Origin: Candidatus Paceibacter sp.
Lineage (GTDB): Bacteria > Patescibacteriota > Minisyncoccia > UBA6257 > 02-FULL-45-10c
Direction of reading: 5' to 3'
DNA length: 51,570 nt
Assembly (NCBI GenBank): GCA_020724845.1
Contig: DYGE01000006.1
Location: 1-51,570, forward strand
In this document: positions 25,983 through 36,193 of the stretch, one piece after another
Layout: each line of letters begins with the position of its first letter
Position numbering within the stretch: the stretch's first letter is position 1
Notes under the pieces: generated by a model
Databases searched by the model: none
What the model was told of the DNA's origin: nothing
The model's input: the letters and a program-made list of their open reading frames with translations, nothing else
Program-made: the position numbers and the translations under genes

Positions 25983-26421
25983 GCTTTAACGCCCCTCTCT
26001 TCTCTCTTTGAAACTCTCTCTTCTTAATTGTATCCCGTTTATCACTCTTTTTCTTGTGTCTGGCCAGGGCAATCGCCACTTTTATGTGGCGGCCTTTATT
26101 ATACAACGAAAGAGGCACAACTGTCAAACCACCTTCTTTGGATTTCCCTAAAAGAAATTTAAGTTCTTGTTGGTTTAAGAGCAGTTTTCTGGTGCGGGCA
26201 GGATCGTAATCCGTAGGAGCATTTTTGGGCTGGTAAGGGGGTATTTGGGCATTTAGCAGGAAGGCGCCATCGGGTTTTATAGCCACAAAAGATCCAACCA
26301 AATTGGCTCGGCCAGCCCTCACCGATTTAACTTCCTGGCCGCTTAAGGTAATTCCTGCTTCATAGGTATCCAATATTTCATAATCAAAGCGAGCCTTTTT
26401 ATTTTCGGCTAAAGTTGACAT
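25975..26421 (-). CDS. smpB: SsrA-binding protein
   Basis: NKKARFDY, EAGI.L.G.EVKS, RTRKLLL, DKRDTIK. Confidence 0.97.
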   Translation of the reverse strand: MSTLAENKKARFDYEILDTYEAGITLSGQEVKSVRAGRANLVGSFVAIKPDGAFLLNAQIPPYQPKNAPTDYDPARTRKLLLNQQELKFLLGKSKEGGLTVVPLSLYNKGRHIKVAIALARHKKKSDKRDTIKKREFQREKRGALKRG

Positions 26422-26458
26422 ATTTTAATTATAAGCCAAAAGCGGATATAATATTAGG

Positions 26459-27148
26459 ATGACAGCTCCCAGGCTTGGCGGAATAAAACTTTCGCCCTCA
26501 ACACTAAACTTGTTTCTTGAGTGCCCGAAGTGTTTTTGGCTGGAAAAAGTCAAAGGAATCCATCGCCCACGAGGAATCTTTCCTTCGCTTCCGGGGGGTA
26601 TGGATAATTTAATTAAAAAGTATTTTGATTCCTATCGCATTCAAGGCACCTTGCCTCCGGAAATAGACGGCAAGGTAGAGGGCGTTTTAATGGCCGACCT
26701 ACATCTATTAAATCAGTGGAGGAGTTGGCGTACTGGGCTTGTTTATAGGCACCCGGAATCTGGGGCGATCTTGAGCGGCGCCTTGGACGATCTTTTAGTG
26801 AATCCCTCTAAGCAGATTTATATGCCATTTGACTATAAGACCCGGGGTTACGCGCTGAAAGAAGATTCCTCCAGTTACTATGAAAATCAGCTCAATTGTT
26901 ACTCTTTAATGCTTGATGCCAACGGCTTGAAGTCGGCTGGTTTCGGATATCTTTGTTATTATATCCCAACGGATGTTAAAGAAGGCGGCCAAGTTAAATT
27001 TAATGTCACCGTTAAAAAAATGAAAGTGAACTCTCAAGCGGCGAAAAAGGTTTTTGAAGACGCCCTTTCCTTAATCGCTGGCCCGATGCCGAAGGCGCAT
27101 AGCGCCTGCATCTATTGCTCTTGGGGAAACGATTTTATAGAAGATTAA
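26459..27148 (+). CDS. PD-(D/E)xK nuclease family protein (RecB/Cas4-like)
   Basis: LSPS....F..CPKCFW, GALDDLL, DYKT, QL..Y, C-terminal CIYC. Confidence 0.8.
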   Translation: MTAPRLGGIKLSPSTLNLFLECPKCFWLEKVKGIHRPRGIFPSLPGGMDNLIKKYFDSYRIQGTLPPEIDGKVEGVLMADLHLLNQWRSWRTGLVYRHPESGAILSGALDDLLVNPSKQIYMPFDYKTRGYALKEDSSSYYENQLNCYSLMLDANGLKSAGFGYLCYYIPTDVKEGGQVKFNVTVKKMKVNSQAAKKVFEDALSLIAGPMPKAHSACIYCSWGNDFIED

Positions 27149-27161
27149 AATAATTTAGGCA

Positions 27162-28772
27162 ATGATAGAGAGTATCAAATCCAAATTAAAGAATATTATC
27201 AGAGAAGGGACTGAAATCAATGTCAATCCTTCAGAAAAGGAAGAGTTTGGCCATTATTCCACTAATGTCGCCTTTAAATTAGCTTCTTCAGAGAAAAGGC
27301 CTCCTTTTGAAATTGCTAAAGAATTAGCCGCGGAATTATCAGAAAGCGCGGACTTTGAAAAGGTGGAGGCCGCTCCTCCGGGATTCGTCAATTTTTGGCT
27401 TAAACCAGAAGCGCTTCACGAAGAACTGAAGGAAATCATAAAGAAGAAAAAATCCTTTGGAAGGTCAAATGTCCCTGGCCGGACAGGCAAAGGTCAAGTG
27501 TCAAAGGTTAACCTAGAGTTTGTCTCCGCCAACCCCACCGGCCCGCTGACTATGGCTAACGGCAGGGGGGGATTTTATGGAGATGTTTTGGCTAATATTC
27601 TGGAAAATGTCGGCCATAAGGTTACTCGGGAGTATTATGTTAATGACGCGGGAAACCAGGTATTTTTACTCGGACTTTCCATTTTGAATAAAGTGGCGCC
27701 GGAAAAGGTGGAACAGATTTTGGCGAAGCACCCGCTTGCCGATAAGGCGGTTCTCTATATGGGCGCGTATATTGATGCTTTAGCAGGCGCGCTCGGCGCA
27801 GGACGGTTGCGCGAAGAAGATCCTCTGAAGATTGGGAAGCGCGCGACCCGTCAGTTACTGCGCGACATTAAGGCATCCTTGAAAAAAGCCGGTATAAAGT
27901 TTGACGTATGGTTTTCCGAGGATAAGAACTTGCACAGAAAAGGAGAATTGAAAAAAACTTTAAATTTTTTGAAGAAAAAAGGGGGCGTGGAGGAAAAAGA
28001 CGGCGCTACCTGGCTTGGTGATGGCGTTTTGGTTAAGTCTGACGGCAACCCGACCTATTTTTTAGCTGACCTTGCGTATCACTACGATAAATTCATTAAG
28101 CGCAAGTTTGACGTCGCCATTGATATCTGGGGCGCTGATCATCACGGTTATAAGGGTAGAATGGAAAAAGGGGTTGAGGCGCTGGGAATTAGTCCGGAAA
28201 GGTTAAAAATTCTGATAGCCCAATTAGTCAGGTTAGTCAGCGGCGGCAAGGAGGTTCGTATGTCCAAGCGGAAAGGGGAATTTATTACTATGGATGAGTT
28301 ATTAGAGGAGGTTGGCGTTGACGCAGCCAGGTTCTTTTTCCTGATGCATTCTTTGGATACGCATATGGATTTTGATTTGGACCTAGCGAAAGAGCGGTCA
28401 CAGAAGAATCCGGTGTATTATGCGCAGTACGCGTACGTGAGAGCGATAAATATATTGAAGCGCGCCAACCCACAACCCACAATCTACAACCTACAACTTT
28501 TAACCTCCGATTCAGAAATCAAGCTGATGCTGGAGTTGGTGAAGCTTCCGGATATTCTTGCGCAGACCGCAGAAGATTACCAAGTGCATCGCCTCACAAA
28601 ATATGCGACTGAACTTGCAAAGGCATTTCACAATTTTTACGAAAAGGAACGGGTGGTAGGAATAGGCGACAAAGAACTGGAAAAAGCCCGCCTTGCCCTG
28701 GTATCGGCAGCTAAAATTGTTTTAGAAAATCTCTTTACTATTCTTGGCATAAGTAAGCCAAAGAAGATGTAA
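27162..28772 (+). CDS. argS: Arginine--tRNA ligase
   Basis: GHYSTN, EFVSANPTGPL, EYYVNDAGNQ, GADHHGY, MSKRKG, NPVYYAQYA. Confidence 0.97.
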   Translation: MIESIKSKLKNIIREGTEINVNPSEKEEFGHYSTNVAFKLASSEKRPPFEIAKELAAELSESADFEKVEAAPPGFVNFWLKPEALHEELKEIIKKKKSFGRSNVPGRTGKGQVSKVNLEFVSANPTGPLTMANGRGGFYGDVLANILENVGHKVTREYYVNDAGNQVFLLGLSILNKVAPEKVEQILAKHPLADKAVLYMGAYIDALAGALGAGRLREEDPLKIGKRATRQLLRDIKASLKKAGIKFDVWFSEDKNLHRKGELKKTLNFLKKKGGVEEKDGATWLGDGVLVKSDGNPTYFLADLAYHYDKFIKRKFDVAIDIWGADHHGYKGRMEKGVEALGISPERLKILIAQLVRLVSGGKEVRMSKRKGEFITMDELLEEVGVDAARFFFLMHSLDTHMDFDLDLAKERSQKNPVYYAQYAYVRAINILKRANPQPTIYNLQLLTSDSEIKLMLELVKLPDILAQTAEDYQVHRLTKYATELAKAFHNFYEKERVVGIGDKELEKARLALVSAAKIVLENLFTILGISKPKKM

Positions 28773-28863
28773 ACGGCTCACTCTAAGTGAGCCGTTTTGA
28801 TTGCTTTTATGGGTTAACTTATGTATAATCTCTTTAGCTCAAAATTAGAATCTGGACAGGAAA

Positions 28864-29235
28864 ATGAAGTCGGACAATGACGCCATTCTGCAGGGCAGGG
28901 CGATGAAGATGTTGGTTGAATTTCAAAACTATCTGGCTGGGGCAAGGAGCGCCGCTTTTGAGCAAGCAAGGGACGCGAGATTTCTAAAGGTCGCTTCTGC
29001 TCTGTTAGGGTTTAAGGACGAAAAAGGTGTAAGGGCTTGGCTGGGATCTCCTTGTTCTTGCGGAAATTGTAGGGGATTGAAAGAGGGGGCGTTGCGGTTG
29101 GATCTCCTCAACTCTGAATTCGGATTCCGTCATTTAATGGATGAACTAGACAAACTGCGCGTATCTGCTGACTCCGCGCTCTTTTACAGCTGCGCCAGAG
29201 TTAGAATGGGGGATCTGCCCCCGGATCTTTTGTAA
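28864..29235 (+). CDS. Orphan protein with CxCxxC motif
   Basis: TATAAT upstream, AGGA SD, flanked by terminators (about 28771-28798 and 29238-29262). Confidence 0.65.
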   Translation: MKSDNDAILQGRAMKMLVEFQNYLAGARSAAFEQARDARFLKVASALLGFKDEKGVRAWLGSPCSCGNCRGLKEGALRLDLLNSEFGFRHLMDELDKLRVSADSALFYSCARVRMGDLPPDLL

Positions 29236-29276
29236 GGCCGCTTCCAAGGAAGCGGTTTTTTTATTAAAATAAATAC

Positions 29277-32200
29277 ATGTTGAGAAACCTCAAAGAAATA
29301 AAGCTGCCCGAGCTGGAAGAAAAAGTGCTTAAATTTTGGAAACTGAATGATATTTTCGGAAAGGTTCAGGCGGCGCGGAAGAAAAAAGGGAAACGATACC
29401 GTTTCTTTGAAGGCCCGCCGACTGCCAATGGCCGGCCGCACATGGGCCATGTAGAGGGTCGGGCTTTTAAAGATGTGCTACCGCGTTTTAAAACTATGCA
29501 GGGCTATTATGTCAGACGAAAGGCCGGCTGGGATACGCACGGCTTGCCGGTGGAGATTGAGGTTGAAAAAGAGCTTGGCCTAAAGAATAAGCAGGAGATA
29601 GAAAAATTCGGCATAGCTGAATTTAATGAAAAAGCCAAATCGTCCGTTTGGAAGTATCAGGATGAATGGGAAAAGTTTACCGATCGCATCGGTTTTTGGC
29701 TGGATTTGAAAGATGCTTACGTGACTTATAAGCCGAAATATATTGAAAGTTTGTGGTGGGTTTTCAAGCAATTTGATAAGAGGAATCTGTTAAAACAGTC
29801 TTTCAAAATTATTCCGTATTGCCCGAGGTGCCAGACGCCCCTATCAAGCCATGAAATGGGAATGCCCGGAGTTTATCAAAAAACGAAAGATCCATCTATA
29901 TACGTAAAATTCGAAATCCGAAATTCGAAATCCGAAACAAAAAAACCTAAAACCTATCTGTTGGTGTGGACCACCACGCCGTGGACTTTGCCTTCTAACG
30001 TGGCGATTGCGGTGAGCCCAAAACTTACTTATACGAAGTACAAGATCGGAAATGAATATTTGTGGTCGTACAATCCTCCCCCAACTGACGAAGAGGCGGA
30101 GGTTGTTGAGAAAGTTTCTGGAAAAAAATTAATCGGATTGTCGTACAAGCAGTTATTTAGCGTTAAAGGCCCTTGGCAGAAAAACAAAAAATTCTTCAAG
30201 GTTTATGGCGCTGATTTCGTGTCCACCGAAGAAGGGACCGGAATGGTGCATATCGCTCCCGCGTTCGGAGAGGATGATATGAATCTCGTTAAGAGTTTTC
30301 AGGATGAGCTGGTAGGACAAATACCGATTACTATTGACGGCAGGGGATTCGTACAAAAAGGCTTGCCGGGCGCAGGTAAATTTGCAAAAAAAGCGGATGA
30401 GGACATTATCCGCGACTTAGAAAGAAGAAGGGCTTTATTTAAAGCCGGTGTCATTGAACACGACTATCCTTTCTGCTGGAGGTGCAGTACTCCGCTGCTT
30501 TATACTTCCAGATTTTCTTGGTTTGTGGAGATGAGCAAGTTGAAGGGCAAGCTTTTGAAAAACAATGAAGAAGTTAATTGGACACCCTCGCATATCAAAG
30601 ATGGCAGATTTGGGGAATGGCTGAAGGAGGTTAAGGATTGGGCGATATCCAGGGATCGCTACTGGGGCACGCCTTTGCCAATCTGGGAATGTAAAAAATG
30701 CGATCACCGCGAAGTGGTTGGCGGCCTTGCTGATCTGGACAAACTAAGGCCTTCGGATAATAACTTCTTTTTATTGCGCCACGGGGAGGCGGAGCATAAT
30801 GTTTCTTCAATGATTGCTTCCGGTCCGGAGCGAGGAAAAAATATTTCCAAACTGACTGCCAAGGGCAAGCAGCAAACAGAAGAAGCCGGAAAGGGCCTAG
30901 TAAGACTATTAGGCAAGAAGGGGCTGGACGTCATTTATACATCGCCTTTTTATCGTACAAAGCAGACTGCGAAAATAGTGTCCAAATTAACTGGCGCCAA
31001 GATGGTCGTAGAAAAGAGATTGGCGGAAATAAATTGCGGCACTTTCAATTGGGCGGCTGAAAATAAATTTCATTCTTTTTTTGCGGATAAGCTGGAGAGA
31101 TTTACTAAGGCCCCGCCTGGCGGAGAAACGCTCAACGAGGTAAAAGAGAGAATGCTCGAGGCGGTGAGAGATATTAATTCCAAACACAAAAACAAAAATA
31201 TTCTATTGGTAAGCCACGGGGATCCATTGTGGGTTTTGGAGGGGGCGATGCGCGGCTTGTCTAATGAAGAAATTCTCGGACTTGATTACATAAAAACTGA
31301 CGGGAAATGCCGAAAGGTTGATTTTCACAATTGGCCATACAATAAAAATGCTGAACTGGATCTGCATCGCCCGTATGTTGACGGGATAAAACTTCGCTGC
31401 AGCCAGTGCGCTGGAGATATGTTTAGAGTCAAAGAGGTGGCGGATGTGTGGTTTGACTCTGGGGCCATGCCTTTCGCGCAAGATCATTATCCCTTTGCGT
31501 GTGAGAGCGCTACAAACTACAAGCTTCAAGCTTCAAGCTTAGAAAGTTGTACCGATTTTCCGGCCGATTATATAAGCGAGGGCGTTGATCAAACCCGCGG
31601 CTGGTTTTATACCCTATTAGCCGTTGCTACCGCTCTCGGGCTGGAAAATCCTTATAAAAATGTAATTACTTTGGGATTGGTTTTGGATAAAAATGGGCAA
31701 AAAATGTCCAAATCTAAAGGCAATGTGGTTAGTCCTTGGGATATGATTAATAAATACGGAGCCGATACTGTGCGTTGGTACTTCTACACCATCAACGCCC
31801 CCGCTGATCCGAAAAAGTTTGACGAGCAGGACTTGGGTAAGATGATGAGAAAATTCCTTATGACTGTTTATAACTCATTTGTTTTTTTTGATACCTATGC
31901 GCGGAAAAACTTACAACTGACAACTAACAGGGCGCAACCGGCTAATATTTTAGATAAATGGATTCTATCCAGATTGAATCAGGTTATTGAAAAAGTTACA
32001 GAAAGCCTGGAGAAATACGATGTCGTATCTGCGGGTAAGAACATCGAAGAATTAGTAGATGATTTGTCCCGATGGTACATTCGAAGGTCCCGCGCTCGCT
32101 TGCAAAAACCAAATCCGTCAGCTGACGGAAAAAAAGATTACGAATCGGCATCCGGGGTTCTGGGTTATTGCCTTTTAGAGCTTAGCAGAATTATGGCGCC

Positions 32201-32834
32201 GTTTACTCCGTTTTTTGCTGAAGCGCTGTATCTGTCATTAACGGACTCCCTGAAATTAGGAAGCGATGAAGCGCTTGAGTCGGTTCATCTTGATAGTTGG
32301 CCGGAAACTGATGAAAAAATGATTGACTATTCGCTTTTAGAAAAAATGGAAGAAGTTCGTAAAATTTCCAGTCTGGCGCTTGCTCTTCGATCAGAAAAAG
32401 GAATAAAGGTCCGCCAGCCCTTGCGAGCCCTAAAAATTAAAAGCAGAAAATTAGACGTTAGTGACGGTGAACTTTTAGAAATTCTCAAGGACGAGGTAAA
32501 TGTTAAGATGGTTGAGTGGGATATGGAGCTGGAGGCTGACATTGATCTGGATACCAAGATTACGCCAGAACTCAAAGAAGAAGGTTTGTTTAGAGACCTG
32601 ATCAGGATGATTCAGGGATTAAGGCATGATGCAAAATTTGTTCCGAAAGACAGAATAGCGCTTATGATTAAGCCGACCAGCGACTTGGTTGAATTCTTGA
32701 AGCTGAACGAAAAGAAGATCAAGGGAGAAGTCGGCGCTGATAGTTTGAAAATCGGCCAATCGGATAAATTTGACGCTGAAATAAACACTAAATTGGACGG
32801 AAAGCCGGTTTGGATTGGAGTTAGGAAATTATAA
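29277..32834 (+). CDS. ileS: Isoleucine--tRNA ligase (type 2) with inserted histidine-phosphatase domain
   Basis: GPPTANG.PHMGH, GWDTHGLPVE, WTTTPWTLPSN, ISRDRYWGTP, DQTRGWF, KMSKS; internal RHGE...SHG domain. Confidence 0.96.
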   Translation: MLRNLKEIKLPELEEKVLKFWKLNDIFGKVQAARKKKGKRYRFFEGPPTANGRPHMGHVEGRAFKDVLPRFKTMQGYYVRRKAGWDTHGLPVEIEVEKELGLKNKQEIEKFGIAEFNEKAKSSVWKYQDEWEKFTDRIGFWLDLKDAYVTYKPKYIESLWWVFKQFDKRNLLKQSFKIIPYCPRCQTPLSSHEMGMPGVYQKTKDPSIYVKFEIRNSKSETKKPKTYLLVWTTTPWTLPSNVAIAVSPKLTYTKYKIGNEYLWSYNPPPTDEEAEVVEKVSGKKLIGLSYKQLFSVKGPWQKNKKFFKVYGADFVSTEEGTGMVHIAPAFGEDDMNLVKSFQDELVGQIPITIDGRGFVQKGLPGAGKFAKKADEDIIRDLERRRALFKAGVIEHDYPFCWRCSTPLLYTSRFSWFVEMSKLKGKLLKNNEEVNWTPSHIKDGRFGEWLKEVKDWAISRDRYWGTPLPIWECKKCDHREVVGGLADLDKLRPSDNNFFLLRHGEAEHNVSSMIASGPERGKNISKLTAKGKQQTEEAGKGLVRLLGKKGLDVIYTSPFYRTKQTAKIVSKLTGAKMVVEKRLAEINCGTFNWAAENKFHSFFADKLERFTKAPPGGETLNEVKERMLEAVRDINSKHKNKNILLVSHGDPLWVLEGAMRGLSNEEILGLDYIKTDGKCRKVDFHNWPYNKNAELDLHRPYVDGIKLRCSQCAGDMFRVKEVADVWFDSGAMPFAQDHYPFACESATNYKLQASSLESCTDFPADYISEGVDQTRGWFYTLLAVATALGLENPYKNVITLGLVLDKNGQKMSKSKGNVVSPWDMINKYGADTVRWYFYTINAPADPKKFDEQDLGKMMRKFLMTVYNSFVFFDTYARKNLQLTTNRAQPANILDKWILSRLNQVIEKVTESLEKYDVVSAGKNIEELVDDLSRWYIRRSRARLQKPNPSADGKKDYESASGVLGYCLLELSRIMAPFTPFFAEALYLSLTDSLKLGSDEALESVHLDSWPETDEKMIDYSLLEKMEEVRKISSLALALRSEKGIKVRQPLRALKIKSRKLDVSDGELLEILKDEVNVKMVEWDMELEADIDLDTKITPELKEEGLFRDLIRMIQGLRHDAKFVPKDRIALMIKPTSDLVEFLKLNEKKIKGEVGADSLKIGQSDKFDAEINTKLDGKPVWIGVRKL

Positions 32835-32841
32835 ATTCGCC

Positions 32842-33384
32842 ATGGAAAATCCGGAAGAACAATTTAATAAGCGCCCAGAAGACCAGAAGCCTGAATGGTC
32901 GGAATCTCTTAGGGAAAGGTTTGAAGAAATATTAAGAAGGGCGGGGGAGGAGCATCTACTTGGAAAAGAGGGATACAAGTTCATAATTAGCGGCAGAGAT
33001 GCAAAAAGCGAGCCCTTTAAGGTCTTGGCAGAATTTGACACTATCGTTGAGGCTCAAGACTGGTACAAAACTTTCAGCGACTATATAGAGGAGGATGGGG
33101 GCGAGTTGCGCATTGATTATGGCCCTTCGCAAGCTTACGAGGAAGAATTCAATAAATTAATGAAAAAGGAAGGTATGGAAAAACATACCCGCCCGTTAAA
33201 ATATAAGTATATTGTGCAGGTTCCTTATCCAGATCCTAGCCATCCCACCATTTTAGCGGAATTTGACACTAAGGAGGCTCGGAAGAAGTGGTGTGAAAAC
33301 GAGGGAAGGGGCTTTGAAATTGCTGACGTTGGTAAGCTTCAGTTAGTGGACGTTCCCGAGGCAGCCGACGAATCAGATGACTAA
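32842..33384 (+). CDS. Acidic hypothetical protein made of two internal repeats
   Basis: ATG at 32842; the pattern YK.I...LAEFDT..A...W...G.L occurs twice. Confidence 0.7.
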   Translation: MENPEEQFNKRPEDQKPEWSESLRERFEEILRRAGEEHLLGKEGYKFIISGRDAKSEPFKVLAEFDTIVEAQDWYKTFSDYIEEDGGELRIDYGPSQAYEEEFNKLMKKEGMEKHTRPLKYKYIVQVPYPDPSHPTILAEFDTKEARKKWCENEGRGFEIADVGKLQLVDVPEAADESDD

Positions 33385-33407
33385 AACACCCCTTAATGCG
33401 GGGTGTT

Positions 33408-34382
33408 TTAGTTTAATAAGCCCAGCCTGTTTTTTACTTCCTTCATTTTCGCGGCAGCGAGTTTTTTAGCTTTTTTGGCGCCTGTATCAAGTACCGATTT
33501 TAATTTCTTATCAGGCATCTTTGATTCCCTGAACGGCTTAAGCGCCTCTATAGTTACTGCGGCGAGATCTCCCTTAAGTTGTCCGTAGCCCTTGCCGGCA
33601 TATTTCTTTTCTAGCTCCTTTGTAGTTTTTCCAGCGAGCGCCTCGTAGATAAGCAAAAGATTGGATACCCCGGTTTTATTTCCTGGGTCGTATTTTACTT
33701 CAGATTCGGAATCGGTAACTGCGCGTTTTATTTTTTTCTCTATGTCTTTCGGAGAATCATCCAGGAACAAACATCCTTCCGGCAATGATTTTGACATTTT
33801 CTTTCCAGGGTCATTTAAGCTCATTACGCGCGGGGTTTTAGTTAAAACGGCTTGCGGCTCTACAAAAGTTTCCCCAAAGCGATTATTAAATCTTCTCGCT
33901 ATGTCTCGGGTAAGCTCTAAGTGTTGAAGCTGGTCTTCGCCGACCGGAACGAATTTCGCGTCATAAAGCAAAATGTCCGCTGCCATTAAAAGAGGGTAAG
34001 TTAAAAGTCCGACCGCCGTACCTAATTTTTGTTCGCGCTTTTCTTTAAATTGAGTCATCCTTTCTGCCTCTCCAAGCGGGGTAAGGGCGTTGAAAATCCA
34101 TGCAAGTTCGGTTGATTCTGGAACATGCGATTGCGTGAAGACCGTTGATTTTTTTGGGTTAATGCCGGAGGCAAGATAGGCGCGCGCAACTCCAAAAACC
34201 TCGCCCATTTTTTGCCTTTCGTCAAAATCAATGGTTAATGAATGATAATCGGCGATGAAAAAGTAGCAGTCATATTTGCCGGAATTTTGCAGTTCTACGA
34301 AATTTTTGAGCGCGCCCAAATAATTGCCGAGATGCAGTCGGCCAGTAGGTTGGATGCCTGATATTAAGATGGGTTTAGACAT
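33408..34382 (-). CDS. trpS: Tryptophan--tRNA ligase
   Basis: SGIQPTG.LHLGNY, YPLLMAADIL, VGEDQ.QH, KMSKS. Confidence 0.97.
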   Translation of the reverse strand: MSKPILISGIQPTGRLHLGNYLGALKNFVELQNSGKYDCYFFIADYHSLTIDFDERQKMGEVFGVARAYLASGINPKKSTVFTQSHVPESTELAWIFNALTPLGEAERMTQFKEKREQKLGTAVGLLTYPLLMAADILLYDAKFVPVGEDQLQHLELTRDIARRFNNRFGETFVEPQAVLTKTPRVMSLNDPGKKMSKSLPEGCLFLDDSPKDIEKKIKRAVTDSESEVKYDPGNKTGVSNLLLIYEALAGKTTKELEKKYAGKGYGQLKGDLAAVTIEALKPFRESKMPDKKLKSVLDTGAKKAKKLAAAKMKEVKNRLGLLN

Positions 34383-34445
34383 GAGTGTTTAGCGTTTAAC
34401 GTTTAGTGAATTTTTTAACCCTATACGCTAACCGCTGTACCCTAA
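34383..34445. repeat. Two oppositely oriented heptamer tracts between rnj and trpS
   Basis: GAGTGTT TAGCGTT TAACGTT TAGTG ... AACCCTA TACGCTA ACCGCTG TACCCTA. Confidence 0.75.
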
Positions 34446-36193
34446 ATTTCTATAAGTACCGGAAGAACCATTGGTCTTCTCTTAGTCTTATTATACAGAA
34501 GTTGTCCGATTTGGTCTCTAATGAGGGACTTCACGTAGTCTGGATCCGGATGGCTGTGCCGTGGGATGCGGGTCAGTAGGGATCTAAGTTTCATGCGGAT
34601 ATCATCCAGTAGCCTTTTGTTCTCTTTAAGGTAGATGAATCCCCTGGATATAATATCTGGTGTTTTGAGCAGGGTGCCATTCTCTCGGTTTAAGGTTGCG
34701 ATGATAACCACCATGCCCTCTTCAGATAATAGCCTTCTATCACGAAGCACTACTTCCTCTACGTCCCCGACGCCGAGGCCGTCCACCATAACATAGCTAG
34801 TTGGAACCTTTTCCTTGGTTACCACGAGCCCTTCTTCGGAGAGCAAGGCGACTTGTCCATTGTCCAAAATGACCGCATTTTCTTTCGGCATTCCGACTTT
34901 GTGAGCTATCTTAGTCGCTGCTTTTAATTTGAAATAATACGCGTGGATCGGAATCATAAATCTTGGCTTTACTAGTTTCAGCACCAACTCAATATCATCT
35001 GCCAAGCCGTGTCCGCTAGAGTGAATGTCTAATAATTTTGAGTTATAAGTTTCGTCCACCTGACGAGAAATGGCATCTTGCAACAGCTGGACACTTCTTT
35101 CATTTCCAGGCACAACCGAAGAAGAAAATATGACCGTGTCTGTCTTTTTGAAATGAATATGGCGGTGCTGGCCATTTGCCATCCTAGTAAGGGCCGCATT
35201 GGGCTCGCCTTGGCCGCCCGTTGAGAGAATCATCACCTTATTGTCTGGATATTTATGGACTTCTTCTACTGTTATAAATGTTCCCTTTTTTGCCTTGATG
35301 TGGCCGAGCCTTTGAGCTATTTGGATATTATCTTTCATCGATCGGCCGTTGGGCGCCACCTTTCTTCCGTGCTTTTCCGCCAATTTAATGATTTCCGCCA
35401 CTCTTGTAAGTAACGAGGCGAAGGTCGTCAGAATTATTCTTCCTTCAGAACCCATGATCAGTTTTTCCAGCTCGCTGGTCACGATTTCCTCCGAAAGAGA
35501 ATGTCCTTCAAAATCCGCGTTAGTGCTGTCAATAAACGCGGTATGGATATTTTTGTCAGCTAAGCGCGAGAATACATCGGTATTAGTCGCATTTCCTTTC
35601 AGGTCATATTCAACTCGGAAATCGCCGAAATGGGCCATATTGCCGGCTGGTGTTTCCAAGACGAAGCCGGTGGCATCCGGAATGGTGTGGTCCACATAAA
35701 AGAATTCAGCGGCAAAGTTTTCTGAAATTTTAAAACGATCCCCGCCTTTTATTACTTGGAATCTCGGCTTTGGAAGGCTTGGAAACTCTGAAAATCTTTT
35801 TTCAATCAGCGCCTTGGTGATTTCTACGCAGTAAATAAGGGGATTGCCAATTTTTTCGATAAGATATGGCAGGGCGTGTATGTGGTCGTAGTGGCCGTGG
35901 GTTAGAATCAGTCCGCGAATATTTTTCTTCTTTGGCTCTAGGTAGGCGGTATTTGGTATTATGTAGTCAATTCCAGGAGTTTCTTGTTCCGGAAATTGAA
36001 TGCCAACGTCAACTATTACTATTTCATTCTCATACTCAAAGAAAGCGCAGTTACGCCCAATTTCTTCCATTCCTCCTAGCGGGACAAATCGCACGGCGGC
36101 ATCTTTCTTGCTATTTGCCGTTCCATGCGCTAGCCCTCTTTTGGGAGCTAAGCTTGTCCTTTTTTTAAATATTCTTTTTGGTGCTCTAATCAC
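34442..36193 (-). CDS. rnj: Ribonuclease J
   Basis: PLGG..EIG.N, THGHYDHI, HTIPD, DSTNA, GQGEP, HSSGH, PIH, MVDG, RRPMVLP. Confidence 0.96.
   Translation of the reverse strand: MIRAPKRIFKKRTSLAPKRGLAHGTANSKKDAAVRFVPLGGMEEIGRNCAFFEYENEIVIVDVGIQFPEQETPGIDYIIPNTAYLEPKKKNIRGLILTHGHYDHIHALPYLIEKIGNPLIYCVEITKALIEKRFSEFPSLPKPRFQVIKGGDRFKISENFAAEFFYVDHTIPDATGFVLETPAGNMAHFGDFRVEYDLKGNATNTDVFSRLADKNIHTAFIDSTNADFEGHSLSEEIVTSELEKLIMGSEGRIILTTFASLLTRVAEIIKLAEKHGRKVAPNGRSMKDNIQIAQRLGHIKAKKGTFITVEEVHKYPDNKVMILSTGGQGEPNAALTRMANGQHRHIHFKKTDTVIFSSSVVPGNERSVQLLQDAISRQVDETYNSKLLDIHSSGHGLADDIELVLKLVKPRFMIPIHAYYFKLKAATKIAHKVGMPKENAVILDNGQVALLSEEGLVVTKEKVPTSYVMVDGLGVGDVEEVVLRDRRLLSEEGMVVIIATLNRENGTLLKTPDIISRGFIYLKENKRLLDDIRMKLRSLLTRIPRHSHPDPDYVKSLIRDQIGQLLYNKTKRRPMVLPVLIEI

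Noticed and set aside
26459-27148. CRISPR-Cas locus
   Set aside because: No repeat-spacer array and no cas1/cas2 in the window.
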